Shown here piece after piece: positions 1 to 11,589 of a DNA stretch of 64,000 bases. The translations under genes and the position numbers were made by a program. Position 1 is the first letter of the stretch. Each line of letters starts with the position of its first letter. Below the pieces are notes generated by a model that did no database searches, was not told where the DNA came from, and worked only from the letters and a program-made list of their open reading frames with translations. Source of the stretch: Squalus acanthias (taxonomy: Eukaryota); contig CM059432.1 of assembly GCA_030390025.1 (NCBI GenBank), positions 3,782,001 through 3,846,000 on the forward strand. The letters are read 5' to 3'.

Positions 1-83
1 TAATTGGAGAGCTCTTTCAAAGGGCCGGCACAGGCACGATGGGCCGAATGGCCTCCTCCTGGGCTGTATCATTCTATGATTCT
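1..83 (+). mobile_element. CR1 LINE 3' tail fragment
   Basis: GGCACAGGCACGATGGGCCGAATGGCCTCCT...TTCTATGATTCTA; the same tail ends the CR1 copies at ~8700, ~31940 and ~61490. Confidence 0.85.
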
Positions 84-853
84 AAGTAGTTTGTTAGCTG
101 CTAAGAAGTGCTAAAAGATCATCATTTGATGTGATTAGTTGCTTTTTTTTCTTGAACAGTAATAAATTCATTCTCAGGAATCAAACATTTCAAAACCGCA
201 TGTCTCAGAATTTCATTAACGGGTCAGAAATTATGAAGAAAAGCAGGTATTTTATGCAGAGAAAAATGTGACACGGTGTCAGTATAGAAAACGATTGAAA
301 TACCAAGGGGCATAAATTAGAAAGGATGAAATTGGGAATAAGAGGAACATTCACACAGCAGGATTCCACCTAAAGGGTAGCAGACCTGTGCCGGAAATTA
401 AAATGGAAGATCATTGAAGTAGATAGCATGAACGGATTAAGGAGGTAATTAGATATGTTTCTGGAGAGAGAAGTGACTGAAGGATACACTGAGGCCATGG
501 GTGGGATTAAGAACTTTTAAACAGCTTTAAATCCCAACTAACAGCTGATGTACGTATTTAAGTGGGGGTGGAAGGGTTTGGGGGGGGGTGGAGATTTGGC
601 TTTCGTGGTAAAGGGGAACTGAGAGTCAGCAGTAGGTGCAGCTGAATGGATGGTATCTCTACATTGGTGACAAAGAGGTCTATGAGCTCCTCTATCCTTG
701 GATCCCCCTCCTATTTCTCATCTACATGCTGCCCCTCGACGACATCATCCGAAAACACAGCATCAGGTTCCACATGTACGCTGACGACACCCAGCTCTAC
801 CTCACCATCGCCTCTCTTGACCCCTCCACCGCCTCTGATTTGTCACACTGCTT

Positions 854-3260
854 AGAATAGAATCATAGAATGGTTACAGCAGGAAGAAGGCCATTCGGCC
901 CGTCGAGCCCTTGCCGACTCTCAGCTAGTCCCACTCCCCCCCACTTTCCCCGTAGCCCTGCAAATTTTTTTCTTTCAGATACTTATCCAACTCCCTTTTG
1001 AAAGATAAGATTGAGTCTGCCTCCACCACCCTTTCAGACAGTGCATTCCAGATCCTAACCACTCGCTGAGTAAAAAGGTTTTTCCTTATGTCGCCTTTGG
1101 ATCTTCTGCCAATCACCTTAAATCTGTGTCCTCTGGTTCTCGACCCATCCGCCAATGGGAACAGTTTCTCTCTCTCTCTGCTCTGTCCAGACCCCTCATG
1201 ATTTTGAACACCTCAAATCTCCTCTCAATCTTCCCTGCTCCAAGGAGAACAACCCCAGCTTCCCCAGTCTATCAACGTAACTGAAGTCCCTCATTCCTGG
1301 AATCATTCTCATAAATCTTTTCTGCACCCTCTCTAAGGCCTTCACATCCTTCCTGAAGTACAGTGCCCAGAATTGGACACAATACTCCAGTTGGGGCCGA
1401 ACCAGTGTTTTATACAGGTTCATCATAATTTCCACACTTTTGTACTCTATACCTCTATTCATGAAGCCCAGGATCCCGTAAGCCTTTTTTAACTGCTTTC
1501 TCAACCTGCCCTGCCAGCTTCAACGATTTGTGCACATATACCCCCAGGTCTCTCTGTTCGTGCACCCCCTTTAGGATTGTACCCTTTAGATTATATTGCC
1601 TCTCCTCATTCTTTCTACCAAAATGTATCACTTCACACTTTTCTGCGTTAAATTTAATCTGCCATGTGTCCGCCCATTTTATGTCTTCCTGAAGTCTATC
1701 ACTATCCTCCTCGCTGTTCACTATCTTCCAAGTTTTGTGTCAACTGAAAATTTTGAAATTGTGGCCTGTACACCCGAGTCCAAGTCATTAATATATATCA
1801 AGAAAAGCAGTGGTCCTAGAACCGACCCCTGGGGAACACCACTGTATACCTTCCTCCAGTCCGAAAAACAACCGTTCACCACTACTCTCTGTTACCTGTC
1901 ACTTAGCTAATTTCGTATCCATGCTGCCACTGTCCCTTTTATTCCATGGGCTTCAACTTTGCTGGTAAGCCTATTATGTGGCACTTTGTCGAACGCCTTT
2001 TGGAAATCCATGTACACGACATCAACCGCATTGCCCTCATCAACCCCCTCCGTTACCTCATCAAAAAACTCGATCAAGTTGGTTAAACACGATTTGCCTT
2101 TAACAAATCCATGCTGGCTTTCCTTAATTAATCCACACTTGTCCAAGAGACTGTTAATTTTGTCCCTGATTATTGTTTCTAAAAGCTTCCCCACTACTGA
2201 GGTTCAACTGACTGGCCTGTAGTTGCTGGGTTTATCTTCACACCCTTTTTTAAACAAGGGTGTAACATTTGCAATTCTCCAGTCCTCTGGCACCACCCCC
2301 GTATCTATGGAGGATTGGAATATTATGGCCTGTAACTCCGCGATTTCCGCCCTCAATTCCCTAGGATGCATCCCATCCGCTTCTGGTGATTTATCTACTT
2401 TAAGTACAGCCAGCCTTTCTAATACCTCTTCTTTATTAATTTTTATCCTATCAAGTGTCTCCACTACCTCCTCCTTTACTATGTCTATGGCAGCATCCTC
2501 TTCCTTGGTGAAGACAGATGCAAAGTACTCATTTAGTACCTCAGCCATACCCTCTGCCTCCATGCGTAGGTCTCCTTTTTGGACCCTAATCGGTCCCACC
2601 CTTCCTCTTAATTCCTGTTTACTATTTATATGCCTACAGAAGACTTTTGGATTACCTTTTATGTTAGCTGCCATTCTCTTCTCATACCCTCTCTTCATAG
2701 AATCATAGAAAGTTACAGCATGGAAGGAGGCCATTTCGGCCCATTGTGTCTGCGCCGGCCAACAAAGAGCTATCCAGCCTAATCCCACTTCCCAGCTCTT
2801 GGTCCATAGCCCTGCAGGTTACAGCATCCCAAGTACACATCCAAGTACTTTTTAAATGTGGTTAGGGTTCCTGCCTCTACCACCCTTTCAGGCAGTGAGT
2901 TCCAGACCCCCACAACCCTCTGGGTGAAGAAATTTCCCCTCAAATCCCCTCTAAACCTTCCCCCAATTACTTTAAATCTGTGCCCCCTGGTTTTTGACCC
3001 CTCTGCTAAGGGAAATAGGTCCTTTCTATCCACTTTATCTATGCCCCTCATAATTTTATACACCTCAATAAGGTCTCCCCTCAGCCTCTTCTGTTCCAAG
3101 GAAAACAAACCCAGCCTATCCAGTCTTTCCTCATAGCTAAGATTCTCTACTCCCGGCAACAACTCTTTGCCCCTCTTATTTTCTATTTCGCTTCTCCTCT
3201 GCCCTTTCTGTATATAGCCTGATTCTCAGATGTATTTGCAACCTGACATCTGTCATATGC
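854..3260 (-). mobile_element. 5'-truncated CR1 LINE (degenerate ORF2), TSD GCTT
   Basis: Minus-strand ORF pieces with QHGFVKGKSCLTNL, DFQKAFDKVPH, RPQLEYCVQFW, FTQRVV; GCTT at 850-853 and 3261-3264. Confidence 0.92.
2696..3162 (-). mobile_element. CR1 3' fragment nested in CR1, TSD CTCTT
   Basis: ORF 2779-3162 is a CR1 ORF2 C-terminus plus tail; CTCTT at 2691-2695 and 3163-3167. Confidence 0.9.
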
Positions 3261-4072
3261 GCTTGTCCGACATCCAGTAATGGATGAGCAGAAATTTCCT
3301 CCAATTAAATATTGGGAAGACCAAAACCATTGTGTTCAGCTCCTGCCACAAATTCCGCTCCCTGTCCACCGACTACATCCCTCTCTCTGGCCAGTGTCTG
3401 AGGCTGAAGCAGACCCTTCCCAACCTTAGCGTCCTATTTGATCTGAGTTTCTGACCACATATCTTCTCCATCACCAAGACCGCCTACTTGCACCTCCGTA
3501 ACATCGCTCGTCTCCGCCTCTGCCTCAGCCCACCTGCTGCTGAAGCTCTCATCCATGCTTTTGTTACCTCGACTATTCCAACGCTCTCCTGGCCGGCCTC
3601 CCACCTACCACCCTCCGTAAACTTGAGCTCATCCAAAACTCTGTTGCCCCCGTGTCCTAACTCGCACTGAGTCCCGTTCACCCATCACCCCCTGTGCTCG
3701 CTGACCTACATTGGCTCCTGGTTTAGCAACGCCTCGATTTTAAAATTCTCATCCTTATGTTCAAATTCCTCCAGGGCCTCGCCCCCTCCCTATCTCTGTA
3801 ACCTCCTCCAGCCCTACAACCCTCCGAAAACTCTGCGTTCCTCTAATTCTGGCCTCTTGTGCATCCCCAATTTCCTTCGCTCCACCATTGGTGGCCGTGC
3901 CTTCAGCTGCCTGGGCCCTAAACTCTGGAATTCCCTCCCTAAACCTCTCCGCTTCTCTCTCCTCCTTTAAGATGCTCCTTAAAACCTACCTCTTTGGCCA
4001 AGCCTGTCCTAATATCTCCTGATGCGTCTCAGTGTCAAATCTGTCTGATAACACCCCTGTGAAATGCTTTAG

Positions 4073-4507
4073 TCCGCATTTTCGTCCGCATGCCCGATAC
4101 GAGACTCCCAAAACAAGCGCTCTACTCGGAGCTCCGACACGGCAAGAGAGCCCCAGGTGGGCAGAGAAAATGCTTCAAGGTCACCATCAAAGCCTCCTTG
4201 AAAAAGTGCAACATCCCCACCGACACCTGGGAATCCCTGGCCCAAGACTGCTCAAAGTGGAGGAGAAGCATCCGGGAAGGCGCCGAACACCTCGAGTCTC
4301 TTCGCCGGGAGCAAGTGGAAGCCAAGCGCAAACAGCAGAAGGAGCGCACGTCAACCCAAGCACCCCACCCACCCGCCCCTTCAACCACCGTCTGCCCCAC
4401 CTGTGACAGAGACTGTAGGTCCCGCATTGGACTCATCAGTCACCTGAGAACTCATTGTTAGTGTGGAAGCAAGTCATCCTCGGTTCCGAGGGACTGCCTA
4501 AGAAGAA
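4073..4507 (+). mobile_element. RTE-clade LINE 3' fragment, 12-bp TSD
   Basis: MPDTRLPKQALYSEL..GGQRK and a CPTC..HLRTH zinc finger; (AAG)n tail; GAAATGCTTTAG at 4061-4072 and 4508-4519. Confidence 0.92.
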
Positions 4508-5134
4508 GAAATGCTTTAGGACATTTTACTAAAAAGAAAAAAAGACTTGCATTTCTATTGCGCCTTTCACAGCCACCGGACGTCCCAAAGCGCTTTACAG
4601 CCAATGAAGTGTCATCACTGTCGTCATTAAAGGCGCTATATAAATGCCAGTTATTGTTGTTGTTTTTGAAAGATTCAGGTTGATGTTGAATGCAGATTTC
4701 TGGGACACTGTGGGACTACAGAAAACCAGTCAGCATCCCCTTAATTTTAGATTTCAAACATACTTCACTTTGTGCCAATACAAATAAGCATTTAGAGGAT
4801 ATCTACTCAGAGTTTGCTGAGGAAGGACTCCCCTCCATGTATTCTACACTGAATCGTTTTCATTATCTGCTTGTCAAGCTTGCTAAAGCGAGCAGTCCCT
4901 GCAACTGATGCCATCAGCAGTATTCGCGGCAGTATCAAGTATTGTTTCCACAATCTTCAATTGGCATATTTTCGTTCCTTTATTGACACTGTGGCTGGGA
5001 AACTAGTACTGAGGACATGGAGATGGGGAGCTAGGCATGCTGCAGTAAATCTTGCCTTTGTGCGATAGCGTAAAATGCGAGTCGGCTGCCCGATTTACAT
5101 CTCTCCCCATTTTTAATCCCATTGACTTCACGTT

Positions 5135-5780
5135 GGAGTCCATTTGAGAGAGACTGAGGGGTGCACGAATAGAGGTCTTTAAAATGATGAAGGTAGAGTA
5201 GATGTCGAAAAGACGTTTCCACTTGTGGGGGAGTCCAAAACTAAAGGGCTACAAATTTAAGATAGTCACTAATAAATCCAGTAAGGAATACAGGCGAAAC
5301 TTCTTTACTCAGAGCATGGTGAGAATGTGGAACTCGCTACGTCTTTAGGGTAGACATAAGGGAGATACTTGCACTTGAGAGGAGTCCAAAACTAGGGGCC
5401 GTCAATATGAAAAGAGAGACGTGCATTTCTATAGCGCCTTTCACGACCTCAGGACGTCCCAAAGTGCTTTACAGCCAATGAAGTACCTTTTTGAAGTGTG
5501 GTCACTAATAAATCCAATGGGGAATTCAGGAGAAACTTCTTTACCCAGAGAGTGGTGAGAATGTGGAACTCGCTACCACAGGGAGTGGTTGAGGTGAATA
5601 GTATAGATGCATTTATGGGGAAGCTGGATAAACACATGAGGGAGAAAGGAATAGCAGGATATGCTGATGGGGTGAGATGACGAGGGGTGGGAGGAAGCTC
5701 GTGTGGAGCATAAACACTGGCACGGAGCAGTTGGGCCGAACGGCCTCTTTCTGTGCTGTACACTCGATGTAATTCTATGT
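5135..5780 (+). mobile_element. Degenerate CR1 3' fragments with an inverted SINE tail
   Basis: FRRNFFTQRVVRMWNSLP; SINE tail on the minus strand at ~5418-5500. Confidence 0.8.
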
Positions 5781-6229
5781 ATTTTTTTTTACAGTTTTCT
5801 TTAATACTGTGTGTAGAATATTGCATGAGTAAAATTGAGTTGGAATTATTCCATCAACATGAAAGGGGCCATGATTCAGAAGGAGGGAGTTGAATCCTTC
5901 TGAAGTTTTAAACAACAGTAGTTTGCAGTGTATATGTGGATTTGACCTTTGACATTTCCTTTGGTAACTCCTTGATAGTTCGTACTGGGTGAATAATGAT
6001 TAAATGGTGCCATGTGACTTGGGAGATAATAGAGCTTTTAAAAAACCGCTGCAATAGAATAGAAATGAGCCAATAAGCTGCAGATTGGCTTGAATTGCTA
6101 TTGCAAATTTTGATTTTCTTTCAGCTGAGTTGAAATAGCCAATTTTGCCTGATTAAAGGCATGGTCGTCAGACAGTGTGCTTGTCAAGGCAATAATCTTG
6201 GCGTTGTACTCCTGTTACTTCGGAATCAA

Positions 6230-8732
6230 CATCAGACGCAGTGGTCAGCTGCAGAAAGTAATCAACAAGGCTCATGGAATGTTAGCCTTTATATCGAGAG
6301 GGCGAGATTTCTTTGACAGAGCAAATAGGGAATGAGTATTCCCTCTGGCCAGTGGCTCAATAACCAGAGGTCGTAGATTCAAAATCATTGGCAAAAAATC
6401 TCGAGGGGAGATGAGGAGAAATCTTTTTCACTCGGAGAGTTGTGGGGATCTGGAACGCTCGACCTGAAAAGGTGGTGGAATCTGATTCCATAAATAGAGT
6501 TGGACGGTACTGGAGGGTGAGGAGCTCACAGGGTTACGGACAAAAAGCGGGGGGGGGTGGGACTGAGCACGACGGCTCTTTCAAAGAGCCAGCACAGGCA
6601 CGCCGGGCCGAATGGCCTCCTCCTGTTCTGTAAGTGCACATTAATGATTTAGATATGAATGTAGGAGGTATGATCAGTAAGTTCGCAGATGACACGAAAA
6701 TTGGTGAAGTGGTAAATAGCGAGGAGGGAAGCCTCAGGCGACAGGACGATATAGACGGGTTGGTCAGATGGGCAGAACAGTGGCAAATGGAATTTAACCC
6801 TGAAAAGTGTGAGGTGATGCATTTTGGGAGGACTAACAAGGCAAGGGAATACACAATGAATGGTAGGACCCTAGGAAGGACAGAGGATCAGAGGGACCTT
6901 GGTATGCATGTACATAGATCCCTGAAGGCAGCAGGACAGGTAGATAAGGTGGTTAAAAAGGCATATGGGATACTTGCCTTCATTAGCCGAGGCATAGAAT
7001 ATAAGAGCAGGGAGGTTATGATGGAGCTGTACAAAACGCTAGTTAGGCCACAGCTGGAATACTGTGTGCAGTTCTGGTCGCCACACTATAGGAAGGATGT
7101 GATTGTATTGGAGAGGGTGCAGAGGAGATTCACCAGGATGTTACCTGGGCTGGAGCGCTTCTGCTATGAAGAGAGACTGGACAGGCTGGGGTTGTTTTCC
7201 TTAGAGCAGAGAAGGCTGAGGGGGGACCTGATTGAGGTGTACAAAATTATGAGGGGCAGAGATAGGGTAGATAGAAAGGAACTTTTCCCCTTAGTAGAGG
7301 GGTCAATAACCAGGGGGCATAGTTTCAAGGTAAGGGGCAGGAGGTTTAGAGGGGATTTGAGGAAAAACTTTTTCACCCAGAGGGTGGTTGGAATCTGGAA
7401 CTCACTGCCTGAAAGGGTGGTAGAGGCAGGAACCCTCACAACATTCAAGAAGCATTTAGATGAGCACTTGAAACGCCATAGCATACAAGGCTGCGGACCA
7501 AGTGCTGGAAAATGGGATTAGAATAGACAGGGCTTGATGGCCGGCGCGGACACGATGGGCCGAAGGGCCTCTTTCTGTGCTGTATAAATCTATGACTAAG
7601 TTTTGCTACAGATATACAAAGCCCTCCACATCCGGAGCACTGTGTACAGTTCTGGGCACTGCACCTTAGAAAGAATATATTGGCCTTGGAGGGAGCGCAG
7701 GGCAGATTCACCAGAATGGTACCTGGGCTCCAAGGGTTAGATTATGAGGAGAGATACACAAACTAGGCTTGTATTCCCTGGAATATAGAAGGTTAAGGAG
7801 TGATTTGATTGAGGTTTTTAGGATTTTGGAAAGAATTAATTGGGTGGATAGTGAGAAACTATTTCCGCTGGTTGGGGAGTCTAGGACTAGGGGGCAGAGT
7901 CTAAAAATTAGAGCCAGACCTTTCAGGAGTGAAATTAGGAAACACTTCTACACACAAAGGGTGGTAGAAGTTTGGAACTCTCTTCCGCAAACGGCAATTG
8001 ATGCTAGATCAATTGTTAATTTTAAATCTGAGATTGATAGCTTTTTGTTAACCAAATGTATTAATGGTTGTGGGGCAAAGGCGGGTATATGGAGTTAGGT
8101 CGCAGATCAGCCATGATCTCATTGAATGGCGGAGCAGGCTCGAGGGGCTGAACGGCCTCCTCCTGTTCCTATCTGAAGGCGGTTCGAGCATATAGTTGCT
8201 GAAACAAGACCACAAACAATTCGATGAACTGTTTTATTTCCTAGTCAGGTAAAACATACAGAACAGACGTTATGATCAGACTCACTTAATTCAAGCTGTC
8301 CAACTTACCTATTGTAACAATACAAAATAAAGATTGGACAACGCAATCCCATCTGTGGGTCAACTTATCTTGATGAAGGGTTTTGATAGATCAAATAATT
8401 AGAAACTGTTTCCAGTGGCAGGATGGTCGGTGACCAGAGGACACAGATTGAAGGTCATTGGCAAAAGAACCAGAGGGGAGATGAGGAGAATTTGTTTTAC
8501 GCAGCGAGTTGTTGTGATCTGGAACGCGCTGCCTGAAAGGGCGGTGGAAGCAGATTCAATAGGAACTTTCAAAAGGGGAATTGGATAAATACTTGAAAAG
8601 GAGAAATTTGCAGGGCTGTGGGGAAAGAGCAGGGGGGGGAGTGCGACTAATTGGAGAGCTCTTTAAAAGAGCCGGCACAGGCACGATGGGCCGAATGGCC
8701 TCCTTCTGTGCTGTATCATTCTATGAATCTAT
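6230..8732 (+). mobile_element. Stack of four CR1 3' fragments (~6230-6632, 6634-7595, ~7600-8172, ~8371-8732)
   Basis: ORF 6634-7521 is an unbroken 295-aa RT C-terminal half (KFADDTK); each fragment ends in a CR1 tail. Confidence 0.9.
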
Positions 8733-9470
8733 GGGGGAAAAATTCGGTTGCTTTGCGCCTCCCGTTAGTGCCCCAGGGGCAAAGCCCCTAGCGCCTGGGC
8801 GCCGCGCCGTTAACGCCTCCCGCGAAATTCAACTGGAGGTTAGCGGCGGCGGTAGCTGACAGCGCCCTGCGACACTGCGCTTCCGGCGATTACATCATCA
8901 CCGTGCGCAGCGCCCCGCTCGCGCCCCGGCCACAAACTTCAGTTGCGCCCCCTAACCTACCGCCGGACGCTGTGTCTGACAGGGTCACGGTGGTGTTTTT
9001 GTGGCCGCGGCGGCGCAAATTAAAGGGCAGGTGGTGGGCAGCCATTTTATTTTGGTCCACCTGTCAGCACCTGCCCCCTCTCGCCTCCTCCTGCGGGGTG
9101 CCGGCTGTGATCGCTCAGCCCGGCGCTCCTCTTGAGTGCCGGGCTCTTTTGCCGGCACCCCGCTCCCTGGTGGTCCAGCAGGGCCCCGGTGCACGCTGCG
9201 CTAGGCCCCTCCCCTTTAATCAGGGGAGGGAGGCCTGCAGTACCGCGGCGCTACGTGCTGACACGTGTGGCGCTGTTGCACGTAGCGCTGCGATATTCAA
9301 CGGGAGCACCCCAAGAGGGAGGGGGAGCGCTTCCAGTAGCGCCCCGCCCCCTGCTTGGGGCGCTACCACTCAATTTATGGTGCGGGGGTGCTAACTTTTT
9401 CGGGGTGCTAAAAGTAGCGCTCCGGTGAAGTTAGCGCCCCAAAGGGGGACGCGACTGAATTTCTCCCCCC
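8733..9470. mobile_element. Non-autonomous Harbinger-type TIR element (~740 bp), TSD TAT
   Basis: Ends GGGGGAAAAATTC / GAATTTCTCCCCC(C); TAT flanks; both ends match the ends of the 11232-15755 element in reverse orientation; GC-rich interior with many GCGCC/GGCGC motifs. Confidence 0.85.
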
Positions 9471-9798
9471 TATGACTTAAACAAAATGGCTTCCAACTCT
9501 CGTCCAGCATTTCTAACCTCTTTGCCTCAGTGAAAGCCCTTACAGCTTTCTCTTTAACAAACCGTCCTGTTTCAAAAACGTCTCTCTCTTGCCTATGTCC
9601 CAGTTACTCTCTCTTTGAGTCCCTCTTCACAGAAAGAGAGCACGCAACGAACTTTCCAACGTAAAGGGTGTTGAGGGAATCAACTTGCCTTTAGTAAAAA
9701 AAAATCAAACATTAAAAAGTAATTCCTACCTTCAATTCCTTTCTGTGTAAAACTGGACAAAAAAAATTCATATGTTTATATATATATATAAAATCCCA

Positions 9799-10036
9799 TA
9801 TCCCCGATTTTAACTCCAGGTGAAGTCCTCGCTCAGGCCTGAGTTAAAATTACAGTCGAGTCTCCATATGGCCGCAAAATGGCTCCGGGCACGTGTCCTT
9901 GCTGCCTTCTTAGGAAAGCAGGTTAAAATTGCAGACGTTGCGATCGTGGCGGCTTTCGGACAGGTAAGAGCCCAGAGCGACTTTAACCGCCCACCCATCA
10001 GGTTCCCGCTGAGCGAGTAGGGTTAAAACCGCCGCC
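9799..10036. mobile_element. Possible degenerate MITE
   Basis: CCCCGATTTTAAC ... GGTTAAAACCGCC imperfect inverted ends, with internal GTTAAAAT repeats. Confidence 0.4.
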
Positions 10037-11589
10037 ATTATGTCTGTACTGCCAGCTTCTGAAAACAGCGCTAGGCCAATGTGCTGAAAGGGAGTAGACC
10101 AGATATGTACCAGTGTCATTATGGAGCAGTGTTTTTTTTTATTCATTCACAGGATGTTGGTGTCGCTGGCAAGGCCAGCATTTATTGCCCATCCCTAATT
10201 GCCCTCGAGAAGGTGGTGGTGAACTTATTGTGAATGCACCAGCCAGTCACAATGAGCGCTCAGATGTGATGTGGGGCTGATTTTCAATTGACTGATTACA
10301 TTCCTGTGAAGCGCCTCGAGATGTTAAAGGTGCTATCTTAGAATCATAGAATGGTTACAGCACAGAAGGAGGCCATTCGACCTGTGGAGCCCGTGCCGGC
10401 TCTCTGCAAGAGCACCTCAGCTAGTCCCACTCCCCCGCCCTTTCCCCGTAGCCCTGCAATTTTTTTTCCTTCAGGGACTTATCCAATTCCCTTTTGAAAG
10501 CCATGATTGAATCAGCCTCCACCACCCTTTCAGTCAGCGCATTCCAGATCCTAACCACTCACTGCGTTAAAAAGTTTTTCCTCGTGTCACCTTTGGACCT
10601 TCTGCCAACCACCTTAAATCTGTGTCCTCTGGTTCTTGAACGTTCCGCCAATGGGAATAGTTTCTCTCTATCTACTGTGTCCAGACCCCCCATGATTTTG
10701 AACACCTCTATCAAATCTCCTCTCAATCTTCTCTGCTCTAAGGAGAACAACCCCAGCTTCTCCAGTCTATCCACGTAACTGAAGTCCCTCATCCCTGGAA
10801 CCATTCTTGTAAATCTTTTCTGCATCCTCTGAGGCCTTCACATCCTTCCTAAAGTGCGGTGTCCAGAATTGGACACAATACTTCAGTTGAGGCCGAACCA
10901 GTGTTTTACAAAGATTCATCATAACTTCCTTGCATTTGTACTTTAAGGGCTGGATTTTGAGAATGGAGGCGAGTTGGAGGCGGGACTGCTGCTTGTCATG
11001 TCAATGTCCCGCCTTCATCCTCGCATGACCAACCAGAGGGATTTTCCCCTGATTGAGCTTGTTAAGCCCGCCCAGTGGGCTCAGCAGGCCAATTAGGGAG
11101 GAAGTCACTGACAGATCACGTCAACATCAGACGTGCTATCTGTCAAGACTTCTTGAAAGAAGAAATGACAGCGATTGACAGCTCTGTGAAGCTGTCAAAC
11201 ACTGACATTCTCTTTAGTTTGATGAGACTTTGGGGGAAAAATTAGGTCGCGCCCCATTTGGGGCGCAAATATCATCTGGACGCAAATATTAGCACCTGGC
11301 GCTAATTATCGGCACTGACTGGAAACTTCACTTTTACCGCCCCGGGAGGTGAGTGGAGCGCTAAATCAGGCGCTGCACACCTGTCTTAAGGCGCAAAGGC
11401 CGAGCAGTGAGGCGCTAACTCAGCGCGCGAGCGCAGCGCAGCTGCTGCCAGTTAGCGAGGGAACACAGACACACTGGCGCCGGACACTTCTTAAAGCGGG
11501 GGGGGCCACTTGCTCCCCAGCCACACCCTGCTCATTGCAGCCTTGAATCTCGGCCTGGAGAGACCTGTGAATCCATTTTGCTGCCAAGG

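Larger units (their letters stand above)
690..4663 (+). mobile_element. L2-clade LINE 3' portion, split by CR1 (854-3260), RTE (4073-4507) and a SINE tail (~4531-4622)
   Basis: RT motif FHMYADDTQLY; the frame resumes after 3261 (LSDIQ*WMSRNFLQLNIGKT); tail AAAGGCGCTATATAAATG..GTTGTTG. Confidence 0.85.

Noticed and set aside
8903..9428. ORFs or a CpG-island promoter in the GC-rich block
   Set aside because: The block lies wholly inside a TIR/TSD-bounded MITE; GC content explains the open frames
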